A stretch of DNA of 64,000 nucleotides from an uncultured Actinomycetes bacterium. GTDB taxonomy: Bacteria > Actinomycetota > Thermoleophilia > Solirubrobacterales > 70-9. The stretch lies in assembly GCA_937907435.1 (NCBI GenBank), contig CALCIA010000137.1, forward strand, positions 39,212 through 103,211. Reading direction: 5' to 3'. Under the pieces are notes generated by a model. The model was not told the DNA's origin. It did no database searches and saw only the letters and a program-made list of their open reading frames with translations. Shown here piece by piece: positions 1 to 8,103 of the stretch. Within the stretch, counting starts at the first letter, position 1, and every line of letters begins with the position of its first letter. The position numbers and the translations under genes are program-made.

Positions 1-699
1 GTGCTCTACGGGCCGCGCCGCCTCGGCGAGGTCCTGCAATGGCCGGGGATGGTGGGCGCGGCGGTCGGGCTCGTGCTCGGGCTCGGGCTGCTGCGACGCC
101 GGGCGACGATCGGCGCCGTCGGGGTGATCCTGGCGCTCGGCGCCTTCGCCCTGCTGGCGAGCGCAGGCCTCGCGATCATCCCGCGCTACACGATGCTCGC
201 CGCCGCGCTCCTGGCGATCTTCGCCGCGCTCGCGCTGCTGGGCTGGCGCCTCGTGCCCCAGGGCGACCCGTGGCGCCGACGCTGGCAGGTCGTCGCGGTG
301 GCGATCGCCCTCCTCTTCGCCGCCTGGCTCCCGGCCCAGTATGAGCTCGACGCCCGCGTGGCGACCGACCTCGCCGACCAAGGCCGGATCGAGGGCGACC
401 TGCACCGCCTGGCCGACTCCGGAGCCTTCGACCGCGCCTGCGGCCCGATCTCGGTGCCGAACCACCGGGCGGTCCCTCGTCTCGCGCTCGCCCTCGATGA
501 GCGCCCGTCGGAGGTCGTCAGCTCGAGCGAGCAGGAAGCGAGCGCGAGCGGGCTCTTCCTCGCCCCGGCGAGCCCGTTCGTGATCCATAACTTCGTCCTC
601 GACCCGAACGATCCGAGCCGCTTCTACAGCGTCGTCCCGGCCGGGTTCGAGCCGGTGGCGTCCAACCGATCCTGGCGTCTCTACCGAGACTGCGGATGA
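1..699 (+). CDS. C-terminal part of a polytopic membrane protein (family not recognised), truncated by window edge
   Basis: ORF open from position 1. Several hydrophobic helices (GLVLGLGLL, ILALGAFALLASAGLAII, AAALLAIFAALALLGW, VAVAIALLFAAWL) precede a soluble tail. Its stop overlaps the next start (ATGA at 696). Confidence 0.5.
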   Translation: MLYGPRRLGEVLQWPGMVGAAVGLVLGLGLLRRRATIGAVGVILALGAFALLASAGLAIIPRYTMLAAALLAIFAALALLGWRLVPQGDPWRRRWQVVAVAIALLFAAWLPAQYELDARVATDLADQGRIEGDLHRLADSGAFDRACGPISVPNHRAVPRLALALDERPSEVVSSSEQEASASGLFLAPASPFVIHNFVLDPNDPSRFYSVVPAGFEPVASNRSWRLYRDCG

Positions 700-974
700 C
701 CGAGGATCGGCGGGATCGGGAGAGCCGGGCGCGCAGCGAGGCGTCGGGCCGGGAGATGAACGAGATGGCGTTGATCTCGCTCGCCCTCTCGATCTTCTGG
801 GTCTTCGGCTTCGGCTCGGTGGCCGCGATCTGGCTCGGCCGCAAGGCGTTGCGCGAGATCGACGCCTCGGAAGGGAAGGAAAGCGGCCGGGCGATGGCCT
901 GGACGGCGATCGGGGCCTCGGCGTTCGGCCTCACCGGCACCGCGATGGTCGCCGCCGTCTGGGTCGCGTCCTGA
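696..974 (+). CDS. small DUF4190-like membrane protein
   Basis: 92-aa ORF. Two hydrophobic segments flank a short charged loop (ALISLALSIFWVFGFGSVAAIWLGRKALREID...GRAMAWTAIGASAFGL), a pattern typical of DUF4190. Translationally coupled to the upstream ORF; exact start uncertain. Confidence 0.5.
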   Translation: MTEDRRDRESRARSEASGREMNEMALISLALSIFWVFGFGSVAAIWLGRKALREIDASEGKESGRAMAWTAIGASAFGLTGTAMVAAVWVAS

Positions 975-1814
975 CTAGCCCGCGGAGCCTTCCCACTGCG
1001 TGAGGTAGGGAACGGGGTCGACCGCTTCGCCACCCAACCATGCCTCGCCGATCCAATACTCGAAGTGAAGGTGGCAGCCCTGCGCGTTGCCGGTGTCGCC
1101 GACGGTGCCGACCTGCGTCCCGACCGCGACCGGGGTGCCAACCTTCAGGGGCGAGGGGGCGCTCATGTGCATGTAGATGAGGTCGGCGTCCACGCCTCCG
1201 GCGTCGATGACCAGGTAGTTGCCGGCCCGCGGTTCGTATTTGACCGACTCGACCGTGCCGGTGAGCGCGGCGACGAGGGGGGTGCCACAGGCGGCGCCGA
1301 TGTCGGCACCGCCATGTTCGCGTGCCCCGCCGAAGCCCTCCCAGAGTTCGTGCTTGCCGGCGATCGGATAGGCCGAGCCGGACGCGGGCGTCGAGGAGGG
1401 CGAGGGCGCGCCCGGCAGGATGAAGAGCTTGTGGGGAGAGGGCGCCGACTGATGTCCTGACTGGTCGATCACGTAGGGCCGCCCGGCGACCGCGCCTTCG
1501 GGGACCACCGCGGTCGCGGCCCGTTCGGTGCGCTGCACCGGTTCGACCTGGATCGGGCCCTTGCTGCCGCGGAAGACCACCTCGCGAACCTCTTCGAGGT
1601 CGAGTCCGCGCACCCTGACGGTCGAGCCTGGGCGGACCTTGTGGACGGCGACGCATTGCCTGACGCAGGTGACGTCTGCCAGTGCCACCGAACCGCCGGC
1701 GCCGATGCCGCCGGGCGCGACGGCGGCCTCCGCGTTTCCGGCGCACGAAAGCAGCAGGCCGAGGACGAGCAGCGCGAGCCCGAGCCGGGCATCAACTGAT
1801 CTGTGATGGGACAA
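975..1814 (-). CDS. secreted M23 family metallopeptidase
   Basis: C-terminal M23 signature (GGADIGAACGTPL...GNYLVID...VGDTGNAQGCHLHFEY). Lipoprotein-like signal (LALLVLGLLLSCAG). I prefer the TTG start at 1814, 7 nt after the GAAGAGAGG SD that follows the riboswitch; the track ORF extends to 2000 across the riboswitch. Confidence 0.85.
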   Translation of the reverse strand: MSHHRSVDARLGLALLVLGLLLSCAGNAEAAVAPGGIGAGGSVALADVTCVRQCVAVHKVRPGSTVRVRGLDLEEVREVVFRGSKGPIQVEPVQRTERAATAVVPEGAVAGRPYVIDQSGHQSAPSPHKLFILPGAPSPSSTPASGSAYPIAGKHELWEGFGGAREHGGADIGAACGTPLVAALTGTVESVKYEPRAGNYLVIDAGGVDADLIYMHMSAPSPLKVGTPVAVGTQVGTVGDTGNAQGCHLHFEYWIGEAWLGGEAVDPVPYLTQWEGSAG

Positions 1815-1819
1815 GACGG

Positions 1820-1960
1820 GACCTCTCTTCCGAGCGCCTGCGGGGTTAGCTGGCGGGCTCGCGCTGAAGAGTCGCGCTACGGATCTGTCGATCCGATTCG
1901 CCCCTGGGCCTCGATGCCCTTCGGGTCCCCCGCTCCGAGGCGCGTAGCGCCCGGGATTAG
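1820..1960 (-). promoter_or_regulatory. c-di-AMP (ydaO/yuaA-type) riboswitch, copy 1
   Basis: The minus-strand RNA contains the hallmark blocks GGAGCGGGGGACCC ... GGGGCGAAUC ... GAGCCCGCCAGCUAACCCCGCAGGCG ... GGAAGAGAGG. It lies directly upstream of an M23 hydrolase. A TATACT -10-like box sits at 1978-1983 (minus). Confidence 0.8.
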
Positions 1961-2003
1961 GCAGGTTGTGCGCGAGGAGTATAGGGACGCCCCCGGGCAT
2001 CGG

Positions 2004-3170
2004 CTAGAGGTAGGGGAGAGGATCCTGTGGGGCTCCGGCCGACCTCACCTCGAAGTGCAGGTGGGCGCCGAAGGAGTTGCCGGTGTTGCCGACCAGGCCG
2101 ATCACCTGTCCCTGGGAGACGCGCTGCCCGGATGAGACCTCGAAAGCCGATTGGTGGGCGTAGCAGGTGGTCAGGCCGACGGCGTCATGTTCGACGCAGG
2201 TGTAGTTGCCGTAGCCGCCACTTTCGGACTCGCCCTGCTGGAGCACCACGGTCCCGTCGGCGGCGGCCCAGATCGGCGTGCCTTCGGCGGCGCCGACGTC
2301 GATGCCCTCGTGCTGGCGACCCCAGCGGTAGCCGAAGCCGGAAGTGAGCATTCCTTCGACGGGCCAGACGAAGGTCCCGGTGGCACCGCTCGGGGCGGTG
2401 GGGTGGGACGAGGCCGCCGCGGCGAGGCGAGCTTCGATCTCCGCCTGCAGCGACGACACGTCGCCCTCGAGGACGCTCTCGCGATCCTCCAGCCCCGACA
2501 GCGCCTTCCGGCGATCGGCGATCGCCACCGCGAGGGAGTCCTCCCGCTCGGCGCGTCTGATCCGGGTCACCCGGAGGGTGTCCCGACGTGCCGCGATCGA
2601 GTCGACCGCGGCGGCGATCCCGTCACGTAGCCGAGCCCGCCTGGTGACCGTGTCGCGGGCGTCGTCGCGCAGGTCGCGGACCCGGGTGACCAGCGCCTCG
2701 TCGTACCGCCGGATTCGTTCCACGTATTCGCCGACGCTCATGGCTTCCCCGAGGTCGTGGGCGGCGAGGACCATCGAGGTGATGTCGGGCGTGCCTTCCT
2801 CGTAGATCGCGACGACGCGCTCACGCAGCGTCTCCAACGCCCGGCGCAGCCGCACCTGGGTGAGCCCGAGGTGGTCGACCGCGCGCTCGAGCCCTTCCCG
2901 CGCCGCGCTCAGCTCCTCCCGCCTGGCGGCGAGGGTGCTCGCCGCGGCGCGCTCGCGCGCCCGCGCCTCACGAGCCTTCCGACGCAGGTCCTCGATCGTC
3001 GCGCCCATGCGACGGAGATCGCCCGTGAGGATGCCCTCCCGGTCGCGAACTTCGCCGAGGCGGGTCTTCGTGCGTTCGAGCTCGGTCTCCGGATCCGCGG
3101 TGGCGACTGCTACGCCGCAGAGAGCACCGAGGAGCATGGTGAGGAGCAGGGCGCCGAGGGTCTTCGTCAT
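2004..3170 (-). CDS. coiled-coil M23 family peptidoglycan metalloendopeptidase (EnvC-like architecture)
   Basis: 388 aa. Signal peptide, then a long Arg/Glu/Leu-rich coiled coil, then a C-terminal M23 domain (WPVEG..SGFGYRWGRQHEGIDVGA...GNYTCVEH...GNTGNSFGAHLHFEV). Confidence 0.9.
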   Translation of the reverse strand: MTKTLGALLLTMLLGALCGVAVATADPETELERTKTRLGEVRDREGILTGDLRRMGATIEDLRRKAREARARERAAASTLAARREELSAAREGLERAVDHLGLTQVRLRRALETLRERVVAIYEEGTPDITSMVLAAHDLGEAMSVGEYVERIRRYDEALVTRVRDLRDDARDTVTRRARLRDGIAAAVDSIAARRDTLRVTRIRRAEREDSLAVAIADRRKALSGLEDRESVLEGDVSSLQAEIEARLAAAASSHPTAPSGATGTFVWPVEGMLTSGFGYRWGRQHEGIDVGAAEGTPIWAAADGTVVLQQGESESGGYGNYTCVEHDAVGLTTCYAHQSAFEVSSGQRVSQGQVIGLVGNTGNSFGAHLHFEVRSAGAPQDPLPYL

Positions 3171-3263
3171 CCGGAGGCCGAAGCTAGCTGCGGGATATGA
3201 GGACCGGGCCCGCCTGGAGAAGATGAATCCACACGCCCAACCAAAATCTGCAAAGATTCACAC

Positions 3264-3279
3264 ATGCATAGTTGTGCAT
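3264..3279. promoter_or_regulatory. AT-rich inverted repeat ATGCA-N6-TGCAT in the CDF promoter region
   Basis: ATGCAtagttgTGCAT is followed by TATATAAG, inside one of the few AT-rich patches of the window, about 25 nt upstream of the CDF start codon. Confidence 0.3.
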
Positions 3280-3307
3280 ATATAAGACGGACGACGCGGG
3301 CGCCTCG

Positions 3308-4210
3308 ATGAGCGAGGGTCATTCCCACATCGACGCCGTCTCCGCCGCCGGGCGGCATCGCCGGCCGCTGACGATCGCCCTCGTCATAACCGCCGCCTAC
3401 ATGGTGGTCGAGGCGCTCGCAGGGATCCTGACCGGATCCCTCGCGCTGCTGTCGGACGCGGGGCACATGCTCACCGACGTCGTCGGGCTCGGCTTGGCGC
3501 TGGCCGCGATCCAGTTCGCGAGCAGCTCGCGCGATCGCTCGAACACCTACGGCCTCTACCGCCTCGAGGTCCTGGCGAGCCTCGCGAACGCCTTCCTTCT
3601 CTTCGGCGTCGCGATCTACGTCCTCTACGAGGCGGTGCAGCGGTTCTCCGACCCGCCGGCGATCGCCGGGCCCCCGATGCTGATCGTCGCCGCGGTCGGG
3701 CTCGGCGTGAACCTCGTCTCCTTCCAGCTCCTCCGCGCCGGAGCGGCGGAGAGCCTGAACGTCAAAGGTGCCTTCCTCGAGGTGATGGCCGACGCGCTCG
3801 GATCGGCGGGCGTCCTCCTGGCGGGTGCCATCGTCCTCACGACCGGCTGGCCCTACGCCGACGCGATCATCGGTGCCGGGATCGGCCTCTTCATCCTGCC
3901 GCGCACCTGGCGCCTCGGGCGAGCCGCCCTGCGGATCCTGCTGGAGAGCGCGCCGTCACACATCGACGTCGAGAAGGTCGAAGACGAGCTCCTCACCCTC
4001 GAAGGCGTCGCCGCCGTCCACGACCTCCACGTCTGGACGCTCACCTCCGGGGTCGATGCCGCGAGCGGCCACCTCGTCCTGGGGCCGGCCGCCGACCTCG
4101 GCGAGGTGCTGGGGCGCGCGACGCGCCTGTTGGAAGACGAATTCGGCATCACCCATCCGACCCTCCAGTGCGAGCCGCCCGCGCACGAGGAGAAGAAGGC
4201 GGCGGTGTAG
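3308..4210 (+). CDS. cation diffusion facilitator (CzcD/ZitB-like) divalent metal exporter
   Basis: His-rich N-terminus (SEGHSHID), TM signature SLALLSDAGHMLTDV, six TM helices and a C-terminal cytoplasmic domain (VHDLHVWTLTSG). Start moved to the second ATG (MSEGHSH). Confidence 0.9.
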   Translation: MSEGHSHIDAVSAAGRHRRPLTIALVITAAYMVVEALAGILTGSLALLSDAGHMLTDVVGLGLALAAIQFASSSRDRSNTYGLYRLEVLASLANAFLLFGVAIYVLYEAVQRFSDPPAIAGPPMLIVAAVGLGVNLVSFQLLRAGAAESLNVKGAFLEVMADALGSAGVLLAGAIVLTTGWPYADAIIGAGIGLFILPRTWRLGRAALRILLESAPSHIDVEKVEDELLTLEGVAAVHDLHVWTLTSGVDAASGHLVLGPAADLGEVLGRATRLLEDEFGITHPTLQCEPPAHEEKKAAV

Positions 4211-4812
4211 ATGACCGGGATGGAGCGGCTACACTCGAATTTCTTGCGCCTGCGATCCTGGCTCTTCACCGGCAGTAGGACGCGATCGGCATCGCTGATC
4301 GCGCTGGGGGCGTTCGTCATCCACCAGCTCCGTTTCCTGGCCGTCGGCCTGGGCGTCGGCGACCGGAGTTGGGACCTCTCCACGATCCTCGGCCACGTGG
4401 CCCCGCTGGTCGCCGGCCTGCTGCTCGCCGGGCTGAGCGCCCGGCTCGTCCGCTCCCGATTCCGTGGCGGGGCCGCCGGCTCCGCGCCGGCTCCTACGCA
4501 CTCGGCATCGTCGCCGTCTTCTCATGTCAGCAGTTGATGGAGGGGGTACTGCTCGCAGGCCACGCCGGCGGGATCGCGTCGATCTTCTCCTCCGGTGGCT
4601 GGGCCGCGTTGCCGCTGGCGATCATCTTCGGCGTCATCGCGGCGCTGGTCGACCGCGGGATCGAGGAGGTCGAGACCTGGCTCGCCGAGCGCGACACCCC
4701 CGGATCCTCACCCGCCCCGGTCGATGATCGCCAGGTCGCCGACCACCTCCCGCGCCGCCTCGCCCCGCTCGCATCCGGTCTGGCCGTCAGGCCGCCGCCC
4801 GTCTTCGCCTAG
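4211..4812 (+). pseudogene. membrane protein split over two reading frames (frameshift about 4460-4489)
   Basis: Frame of 4211 is membrane-protein-like up to ...LSARLVRSRF. Frame of 4369 becomes protein-like from GSYALGIVAVFSCQQLMEGVLLAGHAGG... to the stop at 4812. Junction lies near a GGGG run. ATG follows directly after the CDF stop. Confidence 0.4.
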
Positions 4813-4904
4813 TCCAAGACGACCCTGACGTGGCCGGACTCCCCCGGCCCCGACGACCGCGTGGACGGACACGTCGCGCGGAGATCCGAGCGAAGGCGGT
4901 AGCG

Positions 4905-5573
4905 ATGCAAGTGAACGGAACCTTGACCGGCGCCCTCGGTGGGCGCCTGGACGCGGCCACGCGATTTCGACTCCTGTCGTGGCTCGGCGCAGGTGCCCTC
5001 TCCATCGGGGCGATCGGCCTCTTCATCGCCGGCGCGGTGGGCGATTCGGTCTCCCTGCTGATGCTCGGCGTCGACGCGGCGATCGTCGGTTTCGCGAACC
5101 TGATCCTGCTCGTCCTCAGCGTGTTCAGGGGGCCGCCGATTCCGCATCAACTAGCCGGCGGACGACAGGCTCTCGTGGTGCAGTTCTTCGCGCTCGCGGG
5201 TCTCGCGCTGATCGACTCGGTCTATGCCTTCCTCGCCGACCGACATGCCGAACCGGGCGTCCTCGGCATCGGGGTCCTGGTCCTGGTCGTTCTCGTGTCG
5301 ATCGGCCTCGCAGTCGAGACGGCGCGCATCGGCAACCAGCTCAAGTCGACCGCCGTACGCAGGCAGGGGGCGGACCTGCTGCTGACCGGCGTGCTCGGGG
5401 CGGTCGTCCTCGTCGCGGTCATCGCGCTCGCGATCACCGAACTCTGGGTGCTCGACCAGCTCGCGGGCGTGTTGGTCGGAGCGGTCGCCCTGGTCCAGGC
5501 GATCGAGTGCGGCCGCGGCGGCGGTTGGGGCGTATGGCGAGGAGATGACCTTCGACGGGGGAGTGCGTCGTGA
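4905..5573 (+). CDS. polytopic membrane protein (unknown; weak resemblance to a CDF transmembrane domain)
   Basis: About 6 hydrophobic helices. Start chosen at ATG 4905 behind GAAGGCGG. Same-strand operon with the CDF gene. Confidence 0.5.
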   Translation: MQVNGTLTGALGGRLDAATRFRLLSWLGAGALSIGAIGLFIAGAVGDSVSLLMLGVDAAIVGFANLILLVLSVFRGPPIPHQLAGGRQALVVQFFALAGLALIDSVYAFLADRHAEPGVLGIGVLVLVVLVSIGLAVETARIGNQLKSTAVRRQGADLLLTGVLGAVVLVAVIALAITELWVLDQLAGVLVGAVALVQAIECGRGGGWGVWRGDDLRRGSAS

Positions 5574-6013
5574 ACGTCGTGGTCGCGATCCTGTTCATCG
5601 CCTGGGCGGTCGTCGCGCTCGCCATCGGGGTCCGGGGTCGACCGTGGATGCTCTCCGCGTGGACCGTCCTCGGGCTCGTCCCGGTCCTGGTCGCCGCCGA
5701 GGAAGGCGCCTGGCAGCTGGGGGAATGGAGCCGCGACGTCAGTCCGTTGCCTGTGTTCGGCGCGGCCGTCCTGGTCACCGTCGCCCTGGAGCGCTGGCTG
5801 CCGCCGGCAATTCCGGCGGCAGCGGGGTCACGGCGGCATCGGTCGGTGGCCGTTTGGGTCCGCGCCGCCGCGGTCGTCTGGGGAGTCGCGCTCGGTCTCC
5901 TCGGGGACTCCGGCCTCGCCTTGGCGCTCTCCGCCGCGATCGCGCTCGTGGTCGCGGGCGCCGGACTGCCGGGGCCCGATCCCCGCTTCGGACTTCATCC
6001 CACCAACGAGTGA
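5570..6013 (+). CDS. hypothetical membrane protein
   Basis: GTG start overlaps the upstream stop (GTGA). 147 aa with 4 predicted TM helices. Confidence 0.45.
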   Translation: MNVVVAILFIAWAVVALAIGVRGRPWMLSAWTVLGLVPVLVAAEEGAWQLGEWSRDVSPLPVFGAAVLVTVALERWLPPAIPAAAGSRRHRSVAVWVRAAAVVWGVALGLLGDSGLALALSAAIALVVAGAGLPGPDPRFGLHPTNE

Positions 6014-6025
6014 AAGGACACATCC

Positions 6026-6331
6026 ATGAGTACACAGACCCAGGAGCAACTCCTCTGCCCGAAGTGCCGTGGCGCGATGCGCACCTACGAGCGCAACGGC
6101 ATCACGATCGACCAGTGCGAAGAGTGTCGCGGGATCTTTCTCGACCGCGGCGAGCTCGAGCAGCTGATCGGAGCCGAGAGCTCCTATCTCGGTGCCGACC
6201 CCGAGACCCGAGGATCATTCTCCGACTACGTTCGCGGGGGAAAGGGTGGCCACCAGGGCGGTGGCCACGGCGGCAACGGCAAGCACGGCGGCAAGCGCCG
6301 ACGCGGCTTCTTCGGCGAGCTGTTCGATTGA
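6026..6331 (+). CDS. TFIIB-type zinc-ribbon protein (zf-TFIIB family)
   Basis: CPKCRGAM...DQCEECRGIFLDRGELEQL zinc ribbon plus a Gly/His-rich tail ending KRRRGFFGELFD, typical of this family. Confidence 0.85.
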   Translation: MSTQTQEQLLCPKCRGAMRTYERNGITIDQCEECRGIFLDRGELEQLIGAESSYLGADPETRGSFSDYVRGGKGGHQGGGHGGNGKHGGKRRRGFFGELFD

Positions 6332-6353
6332 CACGAAGCGAGATCGGCCCGGG

Positions 6354-6388
6354 CCGGATGGCGGGCGATTCCGTCGCCCTCCATCCGG
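6354..6388. terminator. GC-rich hairpin between convergent genes
   Basis: CCGGATGGCGGGCGAttccGTCGCCCTCCATCCGG lies between the zinc-ribbon gene (+) and mntH (-). No U-tract. Confidence 0.45.
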
Positions 6389-6400
6389 CATGATCGGCGA

Positions 6401-7693
6401 TCATCCGCCGAAGAACGTCTGGTAGAGCAGGAAGCCGTTCAGCGAGACGATCACGGCGGCGAAGATCGAGGCGAGGATCGTGGTCGCCCGATGGTTGACG
6501 AAGGCGCCCATCACGTTTCCTCGGGCGGTGAGGAGGACCAACGGGATCAAGGCGAAGGGGATGCCGAAGGAGAGGACGACCTGGCTGATGACCAATGCCC
6601 GGGTCGGGTCGATGTCCAGCCCCAGGATGGCGAGCGCCGGGACCATCGTCACCGAGCGCCGCAGGAATAGCGGGATCGAGCGGCGGATGAAGCCTTCCAT
6701 GACGATCTGCCCGGCGAAGGTTCCGACGCTCGAGGCGGCGACGCCGGACGCCAGGAGGGCGAGCGCGAAGGCGACGGCCGAGGTCGGCCCGACCACCTGT
6801 TCGAGGCCGGTATAGGCGCCCTCGATCGTGTCGATGCCGGTGCCTGAGAGCACCGTCGCCATCACCGCGAGCATCGAGATGTTGATCACGCCGGCGATCC
6901 CCATCGCGATCCCGACGTCGACGCGCTGGAAGCGGATCAACTCGCGGCGCTCGTCATCGTCGCGCGGTCGGATCCGACCCTGGGTCAACGCCGAATGCAG
7001 ATAGATCACGTGCGGCATCACCGTCGCACCGATGATCCCGACGGCGAGGAGGAGGCTGTCGGAGCCTTCCAGCCGGGGGACGAAGCCGCCGACCACGCCC
7101 CCGGCGTCCGGCCCGATGCGCAGCGTCTCGTAGAGGAACCCGATCAGGATGATGCCGAGCAGGCCGACGATCGCCGTCTCGAAGCGTCGGTGGCCGCGGG
7201 CGTGGAGGGCGAGGAGGCCGAAGGCGACGGCACCCGAGATCAGTCCCGCGACGAACAGCGGGACGCCGAAGAGCAGGTTGAGGGCTATCGCGGCGCCGAC
7301 CATCTCGGCCAGGTCGGTCGACATCGCCATCACCTCGGCCTGGGCCCAGAGTCCCCAGGAGACCGGCCTCGGGAACTGCTCGCGGCAGAGTTCGGGGAGG
7401 TTGCGATCCGTCGCGATCCCCACCTTCGCCGACAGATACTGGATCAGCATCGCCATCAGGTTCGCCGCCAGCACCGCCCACAGCAGGAGGTAGCCGTATT
7501 CGGCGCCGCCGGCGACATTGGTGGCGAAGTTGCCGGGGTCGACGTAGGCGATCGCGGCGACGAAGGCGGCGCCGAGGAGGGTCAGGGTGTAGCGGAGTCG
7601 CCCCCGCGATCGGATGCCCTCGAGCTCGGTCGCGGAGGGGGCGGCGATCACGCCCTCGGCCGCGAGCGTCGAGGGAGGAGGCTGTCTGTTCAT
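6401..7693 (-). CDS. mntH: Nramp family divalent metal (Mn2+/Fe2+) transporter
   Basis: DPGNFATNVAGGAEYGYLLLW...LIQYLSAKVGIAT...MPHVIYLHSAL are Nramp consensus motifs, with about 11 TM helices. Start set at ATG 7693 (MNRQPPP); the N-terminal extension in the track looks non-coding. Confidence 0.9.
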   Translation of the reverse strand: MNRQPPPSTLAAEGVIAAPSATELEGIRSRGRLRYTLTLLGAAFVAAIAYVDPGNFATNVAGGAEYGYLLLWAVLAANLMAMLIQYLSAKVGIATDRNLPELCREQFPRPVSWGLWAQAEVMAMSTDLAEMVGAAIALNLLFGVPLFVAGLISGAVAFGLLALHARGHRRFETAIVGLLGIILIGFLYETLRIGPDAGGVVGGFVPRLEGSDSLLLAVGIIGATVMPHVIYLHSALTQGRIRPRDDDERRELIRFQRVDVGIAMGIAGVINISMLAVMATVLSGTGIDTIEGAYTGLEQVVGPTSAVAFALALLASGVAASSVGTFAGQIVMEGFIRRSIPLFLRRSVTMVPALAILGLDIDPTRALVISQVVLSFGIPFALIPLVLLTARGNVMGAFVNHRATTILASIFAAVIVSLNGFLLYQTFFGG

Positions 7694-7731
7694 GGCCGCG
7701 TGCGTTCTCGCAACAACATCTGCATGCTCGT

Positions 7732-7737
7732 TAGAAT
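7732..7737 (+). promoter_or_regulatory. -10-like hexamer TAGAAT, 6 nt upstream of the ArsR start codon (leaderless arrangement)
   Basis: TAGAATgacacgATG. No SD fits between the hexamer and the ATG. Confidence 0.35.
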
Positions 7738-7743
7738 GACACG

Positions 7744-8103
7744 ATGCCCGACGATAGGTGTGACCTACTCTGCCTCGACCTTCCGCTCGCCGAGGAACTG
7801 CGCCGGAGCAGGCTCGACCTTGCCGCGGCCGAGCTCTCGGCCGCACGCGCAGCCGCCTTCGCCGACCCCACGCGGGTGATGATCGCCGCCTCCCTCCGCG
7901 ATGGCGGCGAGCTCTGCGTCTGCGACCTGGCCTGGATCTCCGGGCGCGCCGAGAGCCTGGTCTCCCATCATCTACGCAGGATGCGTGCCGACAGCCTGGT
8001 GAGCTCGCGGCGCGAGGGGAAGATGGTCTTCTACTCGCTGACCGAGGTCGGCCTGGACCTGCTCGCCGCCGTCCTTGCGAGCGGTGAGGCGGCGGTCCGA
8101 TGA
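7744..8103 (+). CDS. ArsR/SmtB family metalloregulator, CadC-like (alpha3N Cys set)
   Basis: wHTH (DPTRVMIAASL...LVSHHLRRM). Cys6/Cys10 near the N-terminus plus ELCVCDL (Cys58/Cys60). Overlaps the ATPase start (ATGA). Confidence 0.85.
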   Translation: MPDDRCDLLCLDLPLAEELRRSRLDLAAAELSAARAAAFADPTRVMIAASLRDGGELCVCDLAWISGRAESLVSHHLRRMRADSLVSSRREGKMVFYSLTEVGLDLLAAVLASGEAAVR

